This document shows positions 28,867-37,989 of a stretch of 64,000 nt of DNA, piece by piece. The number at the start of each line of letters is the position of its first letter. The stretch's first letter is position 1. The notes below the pieces were generated by a model. It was not told the DNA's origin, did no database searches, and was given only the letters and a program-made list of their open reading frames with translations. Source of the stretch: Flavobacteriales bacterium (GTDB lineage: Bacteria; Bacteroidota; Bacteroidia; Flavobacteriales_D; JBKBNH01); NCBI GenBank assembly GCA_046295395.1, contig JBKBNH010000002.1, forward strand, positions 163,584 through 227,583. The letters run 5' to 3'. The translations under genes were made by a program, and so were the position numbers.

Positions 28867-30720
28867 ATGAGGTTTACTATAGGCAGACGTATAGGTCTTG
28901 GTTTCGGAATAGTGATATTTCTCATTTTGATTATTTTCTATTTTACCTTCAATACCCTTCGTCAGGGCTCAGATACGTTAAACGAAAGTATCGAAAAAAA
29001 CAAACGATTTAATGATGTAACTCAACCAACTATAGAGTTGCTCATTCGTTTGAAAGAAACCATTTTTGAGACTAAAACACTTATTAATAAGTGGGCAACA
29101 GAACAAACGCGCGAAGACGATCAAAGCAAAATCAGACTTAAGAAAATCACCACAGAAATAGTTCCCTCAACAGTTAGACGATTAGAATCGCTTGCCTCGG
29201 AATGGTCTTCAGAAGAAGACAAGGGTCGGCTACAGCAGAACATCTTCAAAAACATAGAAGAGCTTTTTTCCATGCACGAAACTTACGTTACTTCTATTTT
29301 GGTAGACTTCGATAGTTATAACGACCCATCAGCCTTGTTTTTGGCCAGGCCGGCAGTGCAGCCCGATGGAGAAATTAGCAAAAAAACCCAGCAAATTACA
29401 AACGAGCTTGATGATTTCATCAACAGAAAAAACGCCGAAGCGGCAAGTCAAAAAGATGAAATGAATAAATCTTTTGAGGTAACCGAAACAGGATTTGCTT
29501 GGTTGAAACTTTTAGTTGTTTTTTTTGGTTTAGCCTTATTTATAGGCACGGTTGTGATAGCCACCCTAACCTCTAGGTCTATTGTGGGGCCGGTTAACGA
29601 ACTTAAGTTAATACTTTTTGATTTAGGGAAAGGAATTTTCCCAAAGACAAAAATGAAAGCAAGAAATGACGAAATCGGAGAAATGACTCTTGCGCTGGAT
29701 AACTTAGTTGAAGGCCTGAAAAGAACAACCGACTTTTCTAGAGAGGTTGGTTCCGGCAACTTCGAATACGACTATCAACCACTTTCAGAAGAAGATGTTT
29801 TGGGACATGCATTGCTAAAAATGCGTGATGAACTAGCTGAAAACGAAAGAGTTCTTGAGCAAAAAGTGGTAGAAAGAACCGAAGAGGTCGTTCGGCAGAA
29901 AGAAGAAATCGAAAACCAACGACAAAAACTGGAAGAGCTATACAAAGACGTAACAGATAGCATTAGGTATGCAAAACGCCTTCAGGACTCTATTCTTCCA
30001 CCAGATTCTTTTGTAAAACAATTATTGCCGGAATCTTTCGTTTTATTCAGACCAAAAGACATCGTAAGCGGCGATTTTTACTGGATGGAAGAAACAAATA
30101 ACAAAATACTTTTTTCGGCGGTAGATTGCACCGGACATGGTGTTCCTGGAGCATTTATGAGTATAGTTGGAGCAAATGCTTTAAATCAGGCGGTTGCTGC
30201 TTCAAAACTAGATACTCCCGGATTAATTTTAGACGAATTACACCGGCTGTCTTCAGAAGCGCTGAATAAAACTTCAGATGAAAAATCTGTGAGGGACGGT
30301 ATGGACTTAGCCATGTGCGCTCTTTCTAAAGATTACAAAACATTAGAATATGCCGGAGCAAATAATCCGCTTTACATATTAAGAAAAGATGAAATTATAC
30401 AGACTAAAGCGGATAAATTTCCAATAGGAGGCTTCGAAGTAGGCCAGCATAACTATGCTACCCACACATTTGACCTGCAGGATGGCGACATGATATACAT
30501 ATTTTCTGATGGTTACGCAGATCAGTTTGGAGGCTCAAAAGGTAAAAAATTCATGTATCGCCAGTTCAGGGAGGTGCTTATGGAAATAAGACATTTACCC
30601 ATGAACAAACAAAGGCAAGAGCTTGAGCGAATCATGGAAGAATGGAAAGGAGTCTACGAACAGGTGGATGATGTGTTGGTAATAGGAGTGAAAATTAACT
30701 TAAATCAAACTAAACCATGA
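28867..30720 (+). CDS. Membrane HAMP-domain PP2C (SpoIIE/RsbU-type) Ser/Thr phosphatase
   Basis: N-terminal TM. About 180-aa extracytoplasmic region. Second TM. HAMP. Coiled coil. PP2C motifs (SGDFYWMEE...FSAVDCTGHGVPGAFMS...DGYADQFGG). Confidence 0.8.
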   Translation: MRFTIGRRIGLGFGIVIFLILIIFYFTFNTLRQGSDTLNESIEKNKRFNDVTQPTIELLIRLKETIFETKTLINKWATEQTREDDQSKIRLKKITTEIVPSTVRRLESLASEWSSEEDKGRLQQNIFKNIEELFSMHETYVTSILVDFDSYNDPSALFLARPAVQPDGEISKKTQQITNELDDFINRKNAEAASQKDEMNKSFEVTETGFAWLKLLVVFFGLALFIGTVVIATLTSRSIVGPVNELKLILFDLGKGIFPKTKMKARNDEIGEMTLALDNLVEGLKRTTDFSREVGSGNFEYDYQPLSEEDVLGHALLKMRDELAENERVLEQKVVERTEEVVRQKEEIENQRQKLEELYKDVTDSIRYAKRLQDSILPPDSFVKQLLPESFVLFRPKDIVSGDFYWMEETNNKILFSAVDCTGHGVPGAFMSIVGANALNQAVAASKLDTPGLILDELHRLSSEALNKTSDEKSVRDGMDLAMCALSKDYKTLEYAGANNPLYILRKDEIIQTKADKFPIGGFEVGQHNYATHTFDLQDGDMIYIFSDGYADQFGGSKGKKFMYRQFREVLMEIRHLPMNKQRQELERIMEEWKGVYEQVDDVLVIGVKINLNQTKP

Positions 30721-31304
30721 ATGAATGGTGGATTGAACTTTCCGGCACAGAAAAAGTATTTTGGATAATAGCTATTCCGGCTACTATCATTTTTCTTTTT
30801 GTTTTGGTTATCAACCTAATTGCCGGCATCGATAGCGGAGACCTCGACTCCTCTGACGGGTCTTTTGATGCAGACATGGCCGATGGCATAGGGTTTCAGT
30901 TCATTACATTTAAAACACTCCTAGCCTTTTTTACCATTTTTGCTTGGACAGGTATCGCGTGCCTTGATGCTCAATTTTCAACCACAGTATCTGTTTTAAT
31001 AGCAACCGGAGCAGGAACGGTAATGATGGCGCTTACCGCTTGGTTTTATTATTTTATGGCTAAAATGTCTGAGAGCGGAACACTTAAAATAAACAAGGCC
31101 ATTGGCGCAATAGGCGAGGTATATTTAACCATACCAGCCAATGCCCAAACGGTAGGAAAAGTACAAATAAAACTCCAAGGCTCACTCCATGAATTAGACG
31201 CCATAACAGACGATGAAAAAGATATAACCAGAGGCAAATTAGTAAGAGTAACCGATGTTGTAAACAACACCATATTAAAAGTAACCCTTAACACAAACAC
31301 ATAA
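30717..31304 (+). CDS. NfeD-family membrane protein (flotillin partner)
   Basis: Three TM segments plus a C-terminal OB-fold-like domain. 4-nt overlap with the upstream gene. Immediately precedes the SPFH gene, the usual NfeD position. Confidence 0.65.
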   Translation: MNEWWIELSGTEKVFWIIAIPATIIFLFVLVINLIAGIDSGDLDSSDGSFDADMADGIGFQFITFKTLLAFFTIFAWTGIACLDAQFSTTVSVLIATGAGTVMMALTAWFYYFMAKMSESGTLKINKAIGAIGEVYLTIPANAQTVGKVQIKLQGSLHELDAITDDEKDITRGKLVRVTDVVNNTILKVTLNTNT

Positions 31305-31309
31305 AAATC

Positions 31310-32692
31310 ATGTTTGAAGACTTAAATTACATTACCATTCTCATCGCCATTGTGGTGGGATTTTTCTTCATTTTTGTATTAACCTTCATAAGAAGATATA
31401 GAAGGTGTCCTTCGGACAAAATTTTGGTTGTTTATGGCAAAGTAGGCGGGGGCTCAGCTAAGTGTATTCACGGAGGAGCGGCATTTATATGGCCGCTTAT
31501 ACAAGATTATTCCTATTTGGATTTAACACCGATTTCTATCGAGGTGAACCTTGCTAATGCACTCTCCAAACAAAACATTCGGGTTGATGTACCCTCTCGT
31601 TTTACCGTAGGTATTTCCACAGAGCCTGTAATTATGAACAATGCTGCAGAGCGTTTGTTGGGATTAAAACAACAGCAAATCTACGACATAGCCAGAGATA
31701 TCATTTTTGGTCAGTTGAGGTTAGTTGTTGCCACCATGGATATAGAAGAAATTAATAGCAATAGGGATAAATTTTTGGCAAACGTGTCTGCCAACGTGGA
31801 GGCAGAGCTTAAAAAAATAGGCCTCCGCCTAATTAACGTAAACGTAACCGACATTAAAGATGAATCCGGCTATATCGAAGCATTAGGCAAGGAGGCTGCA
31901 GCTAAAGCCATCAACGATGCCAGACAGAGCGTAGCAGAGAAAAACAGAGACGGCTCCGTGGGAGAGGCCAATGCCGTACAAGAGCAGCGGGTAAAGGTAG
32001 CCCAAGCTAACGCTACAGCAGTAGAAGGAGAGAACCTCTCGAAAATATTAATTGCTAATTCTGATGCTTTAAGACGAGAAAAGGAGGCCGAAGCTGAAAA
32101 AATAGCCATTGCCGCTGAAAAAGTACAAACAGCCAAAGCCCTCGAAGAGTCTTATGCAGCAGAAAGAGAAGCAGAAACAGCCAGGGCACAAAGAGACAAA
32201 GCCTCTCAGGTCGCAGACGTTATAGTTCCTTCTCAAATCGAAAAAGAAAGAATAGAAATACAAGCCGAAGCGCAGGCAGAGCAAATAAGAAGAATTGCAA
32301 AAGGAGAGGCCGACGCAATCTTATTTAGAAAACAAGCCGAAGCACAGGGATTACTCGAAATTCTTACTAAACAAGCCGAAGGTCTGGACCGAATTGTGAA
32401 AGCCGCAGGAAATAATTCCAGAGATGCCGTCCTATTGCTTATAGCAGATAAGTTGCCAGAAATTATTAAAACACAAGCCGAAGCAATTAAAAACATAAAA
32501 ATTGATAAAGTAACCGTGTGGGAAGGAGGAACAAATGCAGATGGCAAGACATCTACAGCAAACTTTATCTCAGGTTTATACAAATCTGTTCCGCCGCTTG
32601 ACGACATGTTTAAAATGGCAGGAATGGAATTGCCATCGTATTTAAAAGGAAAAACAGAAGACCCAGCAAACAATAATGACCAAGCCGAATAA
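31310..32692 (+). CDS. Flotillin-like SPFH (band 7) domain protein
   Basis: N-terminal TM. SPFH domain (KILVVYGKVGGG...NVNVTDIKDESGYIEALGKEAAAKA). Long Ala/Glu-rich coiled coil. Confidence 0.85.
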   Translation: MFEDLNYITILIAIVVGFFFIFVLTFIRRYRRCPSDKILVVYGKVGGGSAKCIHGGAAFIWPLIQDYSYLDLTPISIEVNLANALSKQNIRVDVPSRFTVGISTEPVIMNNAAERLLGLKQQQIYDIARDIIFGQLRLVVATMDIEEINSNRDKFLANVSANVEAELKKIGLRLINVNVTDIKDESGYIEALGKEAAAKAINDARQSVAEKNRDGSVGEANAVQEQRVKVAQANATAVEGENLSKILIANSDALRREKEAEAEKIAIAAEKVQTAKALEESYAAEREAETARAQRDKASQVADVIVPSQIEKERIEIQAEAQAEQIRRIAKGEADAILFRKQAEAQGLLEILTKQAEGLDRIVKAAGNNSRDAVLLLIADKLPEIIKTQAEAIKNIKIDKVTVWEGGTNADGKTSTANFISGLYKSVPPLDDMFKMAGMELPSYLKGKTEDPANNNDQAE

Positions 32693-35600
32693 AATAAATA
32701 GTTCAATAAAAAGAGCCTTGATTAATCTAATCAGGGCTTTTGTTTTTATTGGCCTAGCATGCGGACAAGCACAGCACAGTATTAAGTTCGACAACATCTC
32801 CCTGAATGAAGGGCTCTCTCAGAGCACTATTTCTGCAATAATTCAGGACTCGCAAGGCTACATGTGGTTTGGCACACAAGACGGATTAAATCGTTACGAC
32901 GGATACAGATTCAAAATATATAAACACGACCCAGATATTTCAACCTCCATCTCCGGAAATTTTATAAAATGTATAATGGAAGACGGAGACTATCTTTGGA
33001 TAGGAACCGAAACAGGGGGGGTAAATCGTTATGAAAAAAGCAGAGATGTTTTCCGAACATTTGATCATATAGACCAATTAAGACACTCTGCTGTTACCGC
33101 TCTTGCCAAAGATAAAAGCGGTAAGATATGGATAGGGACAGATGATAATGGATTGATAAGTTTTTCTCCAAAAGAAGGAAGAGTAGAACATTTTAACGAA
33201 AACAACGGGCTAATGTCCAACAACATTAAGGGGCTTAAATTTTTACCCGAAGGATTTTTGTTAATCGGCCAGCTAGATGGCCAATTACAATATTTGAATG
33301 TAAAGGAAAACAAACTTAAAACTGTAAAGGACAACAAAATATACGGCTCAAATTTTTATTCGTTCGAAACTTCTAAAAATGGGCAAACCCTAGTCGGAAC
33401 AGATAGAGGAGTAATTACTTTGCAAATAGAAAATAACGAACCGACCATAAAAAAAAGAATCTATCCGGTAGAACAAGCCTCTTCTCTTTTACTTCAGAAC
33501 GATTCAACCCTTTGGGCAGCCACAGAAGGGTTTGGCTTATTTAAAATTGATCTGAACAAATCCAAAACAAATAATTACAGATATGACCCGTTGAATAGAA
33601 AGAGTATTGCCGAAAACCTCATTTTCAGCGTATTTCAAGACAGGAGCGGCTGTATTTGGATAGGCACAAACAACGGGCTAAGTAAGTTCGACCCTATTAA
33701 GCAATTTTTCAACCACATAGCACCCGAGCCCGACAATCCTAAAGGACTAAACGACAAAACAATCTGGGCAATAGCTAAAGACAAACGAAACCGGCTTTGG
33801 GTGGCCACGAGCAAGGGGCTTAGCCGAGTAGATGAAAACTCTTTGGTTGCTGTAAATTATCCATTTGTTGGCAACAACCCCAACTTGCCCAACAACAACA
33901 ATGTATACAGTGTTCTACCAGAAGATGATTTTCTGTGGCTTGGAACGGTAGATGGATTTTATAAACTCAATTTTTCAAACGACAAGCTAGAAAAGGTAAA
34001 CCTTGGAGAGTTTGAGCAAACCGCAGACAAAAGAATTTACCACATAACAAAAGACAAAAATGGCAACATATGGCTTGGCGCTAAAGAAGGTCTATGTTTT
34101 TATAACGTAAAAGACAGAACAACGGCACATTTTAAGAGCAGCCCATCAAAAAACAAATCCCTTCCGGGAAGAACGGTAAGAGCCGTTCATGTGGACAGCA
34201 AGGGAAACTTGTGGGTCGGAACCGAAGGCGGAGGTCTGGGGTTTGTTTCAAGCGATCAGATTACAACACAGCCAAAAGAACTTTCTTTTGATGTGTATAG
34301 CGCAAGTTCGGCAGACTATAAAGCCTTAAACAACAATATTATAACAACAATTTTTGAAGACCAAGACGGCACGCTTTGGCTTGGCACATACGGCGGCGGA
34401 TTAAATGCGTTAAACCCAAAAACAGGAAAATTCAGGCGTTACACGGAAAAAGAAGGCCTGTCAAACAATGTTGTTTATGCCATTCTTTCCGAGAACGAAA
34501 ATGCACTTTGGATGAGCACCAACTTTGGTTTGTCAAGGCTAGAAAAAGCAACCGGAGCCTTTAAAGTTTTTCTAGAAAAAGACGGCCTTCAGAGTAACGA
34601 GTTTAATATAGGCGCCGCATATAGAGCGAAAGATGGAAAATTATATTTTGGTGGAATAAACGGGTTAAATAGCTTTTATTCGACACAAATAACAGAAAAC
34701 AGAATTCCACCGGAAGTATTAATTACCGGAATTTTATTGTTTAATCAACCTATAAAAATAGGCCCGTCATCGCCACTTCAAACGGACGTTTCATTTGCGC
34801 AAGAAATTGCTCTAAAACACAGACAAAATAATCTTACAATAGAATACGCAGCACTACACTTTTCTAATTCGGCAAACAATAAATACAAGTTTATTTTAGA
34901 GGGATACGAGGAACAAATGAATTATGTGAGTGATGTAAAAAGAGCACATTACAGTAATCTTCCTCCCGGAGAATACACGTTCAAAGTGTTCGGGTCTAAT
35001 AGCGACGGTATTTGGAGCCAATCTCCGGCAAAACTGCGGATAGTAATACTTCCTCCCTATTATGCAACTTGGTGGTTTAGAGGAATTTTAGGCATTGTCT
35101 TGCTTTTAGTTGTTTATACCTTTTACCAGCTAAGGATAAGAACCATCCGTCTTCAAAAACAAAAACTATCCGAACTAGTTGAAAAACGAACAGCAACCAT
35201 CAGAAAACAAAAAGAAATGATGGAAGAACAAAAACTACAGCTTGAACTGGAAAAAGAAAAAAGCGACAAACTGCTAATAAATATTCTTCCGGCAGAAACA
35301 GCAGAGGAACTAAAAAATCACGGAAAAGCAACAACAAGAACATATCGCTTAGTCACAGTAATGTTTACAGACATTATAGGGTTTACCCAAATTGCCGAAA
35401 AAATGAATCCGGTAGATCTCGTAAAAAGACTAGATGAGTATTTCAGGGAGTTTGACAAAATAATAGAGCGAAATAAAATTGAAAAAATAAAAACAATTGG
35501 TGATTCATATATGGCCGCAGGCGGAGTGCCAATAAGAAATAAAGAAAACCCCGTGTATACAGTTTTGGCGGCACTTCAGATTCAAAAGTTAATGCGGGAT

Positions 35601-36572
35601 AAAAAAGAAGAAGCGATAACCAAAGGAGAAGCAGACCCTTGGGATCTCAGGGTGGGCATTCATACAGGAGATGTAATTGCAGGAGTAATCGGAGAAAAGC
35701 GAATTGCATACGACATTTGGGGCAACACAGTAAACGTGGCAAGTCGGATGGAAAGCAGCGGAATGCTCGGAAAGGTAAACATATCGGGGGCAACCTACGA
35801 ACACATAAAACCCTATTTTGATGTAGTATACAGGGGTAAGATTATGGCCAAAAATAAAGGCCATATCGACATGTACTTTGTTGAGCGAATTAAGCCGGGG
35901 CTTTCGGAAGACGAGGGGGGCACTGTTCCAAACGCTAAGTTTTGGGAATACCTGAATTTACATGTGTTCAGCAGTATAAACTACCACAAGGCAGAAAGGC
36001 ATATTATGAAAATATTGGTAGAAAAATTATCACCAAATCTTCATTATCATGGCATTCATCATACGGCAGATGTTGTTCAGGCTGTTGAAAGAATTGCCAT
36101 AATGGAAGGGGTGGTAGACGAACATATATTTGTTTTGAAATCAGCAGCAACATACCATGACGCCGGTTTTGTAGAACAATACGAACACAACGAACCTGTA
36201 GGGGCAAAAATGGCCGAAGAAATCTTGCCTCTTTATGGATACACAAAAGAACAAATCCAACAGGTAAAAGAGTTAATTTATTCAACCATTATACCCCATA
36301 ACCCCAAAAATAAACTGGAAGAAATTATCTGCGATGCAGATTTAGACTATCTGGGAAGAGATGATTTTCACGATATAGCCGATTCTTTAAGGCGTGAATT
36401 GAGAGATCATGGAAAATTAAACAGTGATAGACTTTGGGATGAGATTCAGGTGAAATTTTTAACCGCACATAAATACTTTACAGACTCTGCAAAAAGACTC
36501 AGAGATCCAAAAAAACAAAAGCATCTGGAAGAAATAAAACAACGCTTAATAGAAAACAAGTACAACGATTAG
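32676..36572 (+). CDS. Fusion of a periplasmic two-component-regulator propeller/Y_Y_Y sensor with a class III adenylyl cyclase and a C-terminal HD domain
   Basis: Signal peptide. Repeated WIGTxxGLxxYD propeller blades. Y_Y_Y region. TM (WWFRGILGIVLLLVVYTFYQL). Coiled coil. CHD domain (VTVMFTDIIGFT...KIKTIGDSYMAAGG...YDIWGNTVNVASRMESSG) with Lys/Asp at the adenine-specifying positions. HD motif set H..HH, YHDAGF, CDADLDYLGRDDF. 17-nt overlap with the flotillin gene. Confidence 0.85.
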   Translation: MTKPNKINSSIKRALINLIRAFVFIGLACGQAQHSIKFDNISLNEGLSQSTISAIIQDSQGYMWFGTQDGLNRYDGYRFKIYKHDPDISTSISGNFIKCIMEDGDYLWIGTETGGVNRYEKSRDVFRTFDHIDQLRHSAVTALAKDKSGKIWIGTDDNGLISFSPKEGRVEHFNENNGLMSNNIKGLKFLPEGFLLIGQLDGQLQYLNVKENKLKTVKDNKIYGSNFYSFETSKNGQTLVGTDRGVITLQIENNEPTIKKRIYPVEQASSLLLQNDSTLWAATEGFGLFKIDLNKSKTNNYRYDPLNRKSIAENLIFSVFQDRSGCIWIGTNNGLSKFDPIKQFFNHIAPEPDNPKGLNDKTIWAIAKDKRNRLWVATSKGLSRVDENSLVAVNYPFVGNNPNLPNNNNVYSVLPEDDFLWLGTVDGFYKLNFSNDKLEKVNLGEFEQTADKRIYHITKDKNGNIWLGAKEGLCFYNVKDRTTAHFKSSPSKNKSLPGRTVRAVHVDSKGNLWVGTEGGGLGFVSSDQITTQPKELSFDVYSASSADYKALNNNIITTIFEDQDGTLWLGTYGGGLNALNPKTGKFRRYTEKEGLSNNVVYAILSENENALWMSTNFGLSRLEKATGAFKVFLEKDGLQSNEFNIGAAYRAKDGKLYFGGINGLNSFYSTQITENRIPPEVLITGILLFNQPIKIGPSSPLQTDVSFAQEIALKHRQNNLTIEYAALHFSNSANNKYKFILEGYEEQMNYVSDVKRAHYSNLPPGEYTFKVFGSNSDGIWSQSPAKLRIVILPPYYATWWFRGILGIVLLLVVYTFYQLRIRTIRLQKQKLSELVEKRTATIRKQKEMMEEQKLQLELEKEKSDKLLINILPAETAEELKNHGKATTRTYRLVTVMFTDIIGFTQIAEKMNPVDLVKRLDEYFREFDKIIERNKIEKIKTIGDSYMAAGGVPIRNKENPVYTVLAALQIQKLMRDKKEEAITKGEADPWDLRVGIHTGDVIAGVIGEKRIAYDIWGNTVNVASRMESSGMLGKVNISGATYEHIKPYFDVVYRGKIMAKNKGHIDMYFVERIKPGLSEDEGGTVPNAKFWEYLNLHVFSSINYHKAERHIMKILVEKLSPNLHYHGIHHTADVVQAVERIAIMEGVVDEHIFVLKSAATYHDAGFVEQYEHNEPVGAKMAEEILPLYGYTKEQIQQVKELIYSTIIPHNPKNKLEEIICDADLDYLGRDDFHDIADSLRRELRDHGKLNSDRLWDEIQVKFLTAHKYFTDSAKRLRDPKKQKHLEEIKQRLIENKYND

Positions 36573-36577
36573 TAAAC

Positions 36578-36603
36578 AAAAAAGCCTTTATAGGCTTTTT
36601 ATT
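36578..36603 (+). terminator. Rho-independent terminator of the signalling operon
   Basis: aaaAAGCCTttatAGGCTTttt followed by a T-rich run, 6 nt after the cyclase stop. Confidence 0.55.
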
Positions 36604-36825
36604 TCTTTACGGTTACTAAGGCCATTACGTTGCCCAAGTGGTTGGTGAGTTCGTATTCTTTGAGCCCTAATTTACGCTTATATTTTAAAAAAGGTTGTTC
36701 GTCTAAAGCAATAAATCCATATTGAGTCTTTTTTGCCAAGGTGGCGTTGGCTCGCCTTAGACCCAGCCGACTGCTGCCGTAGAGGTGCTGCTCGGCTATT
36801 ACAATGGCAAACAGAGGTTTTTTAT
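36597..36825 (-). pseudogene. Rhs/YD-repeat family gene remnant (about 75 codons, no start)
   Basis: The minus strand reads KKPLFAIVIAEQHLYGSSRLGLRRANATLAKKTQYGFIALDEQPFLKYKRKLGLKEYELTNHLGNVMALVTVKK*. The YGSSRLG and YELTNHLGNV..VT motifs are ones I associate with Bacteroidota Rhs-repeat proteins. The frame is closed upstream by TGA. Confidence 0.35.
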
Positions 36826-37035
36826 CATATTACACACGAAGACAAGAGGGCAACGGGAAAATTGGTGATTTCGGCAAGGCAGACTGTTAGACACATCGCA
36901 GCAGTAATTACATTAGTTAAACAGCAATTTAAATTACTGTTTTTGCTCAAGGCTTTTTAACCATCGAATACCGAAACGTGATATTTTTAATAAATTAGCA
37001 TTGGCAAATGTTGTGGTTTAGCACAAAAAACGCCA

Positions 37036-37989
37036 ATGAAAAAATGGATAGAAAAACGGCTTCCCGATAACGATTTCGAGAGATTCTGGAAAGTTGTTGT
37101 TGCTATAGCAATAATTGCGTTGGCGCTAACGCTGATTGGAATCTATGGGTTTAAACAATACGGCTTGGCTGTTTTTGTTGTTACACCTCTTTTTATCGGT
37201 TTGGGGTCTGCCATTTTATTTGGGCTTAAGAAAGGAATAATGTTTAATCAGTCATGGAAAATAGGTTTTTTGTCTTTAACCCTATTTATACTTTTCCTAT
37301 TAATTTTTGGTTTAGAAGGTTTAGTGTGCATTGCAATGGCTGCGCCTTTTGGTTTTATTATAACTTGGATTGGTAGCTCAATAGGCTTTTTCATCGTGAA
37401 CAAAAAACCTAAAAAAGGACCTTCTGCCCTGTTTCCATTAACGGCATTTATAGAAAAAAATCAAAAACCAGCACTTACTTCAGTAGTTACATCAATAGAA
37501 ATAGGTGCCGACATACACACGGTATGGAAAAACGTGATAGAATTTCCGCAGCTTGATGAGCCAACAGAATTTATTTTTAAAACAGGGATTGCCTATCCCA
37601 TTGATGCGAAAATTGAAGGAGCAGGAGTTGGAGAAATTAGACATTGCAATTTTACCACAGGAAGTTTTGTAGAGCCGATTACTGTTTGGGATGAACCAAG
37701 TCTTCTGAAATTCGACGTGGTTGAGCAGCCCGAACCCATGAAAGAATTAAGTTTTTGGGATATAGATGCCCCACATCTACATGATTATTTCGTCTCAAAC
37801 CAAGGCCAGTTTAAATTGACGAAACTGCCCGGCGAGAATACACTTTTAGAAGGCACAACGTGGTATTACCACAATATTAGCCCGGCATTTTATTGGCAAT
37901 TTTGGAGCGACTATATTATTCACAAAATTCATTTTAGAGCATTGACCCACATTAAGAAAAACGCAGAAAAGGAAGCGAAAGAAAATTAG
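37036..37989 (+). CDS. Membrane protein: four N-terminal TM helices plus a soluble C-terminal domain (possibly SRPBCC-like)
   Basis: Four hydrophobic helices within aa 20-120. The C-terminal 190 aa has mixed alpha/beta character. No confident family. Confidence 0.5.
   Translation: MKKWIEKRLPDNDFERFWKVVVAIAIIALALTLIGIYGFKQYGLAVFVVTPLFIGLGSAILFGLKKGIMFNQSWKIGFLSLTLFILFLLIFGLEGLVCIAMAAPFGFIITWIGSSIGFFIVNKKPKKGPSALFPLTAFIEKNQKPALTSVVTSIEIGADIHTVWKNVIEFPQLDEPTEFIFKTGIAYPIDAKIEGAGVGEIRHCNFTTGSFVEPITVWDEPSLLKFDVVEQPEPMKELSFWDIDAPHLHDYFVSNQGQFKLTKLPGENTLLEGTTWYYHNISPAFYWQFWSDYIIHKIHFRALTHIKKNAEKEAKEN

Noticed and set aside
36733-36960. 75-codon plus-strand ORF
   Set aside because: Lies antisense to the Rhs-like remnant frame and has an Arg/Trp-rich composition typical of a GC-rich antisense shadow.
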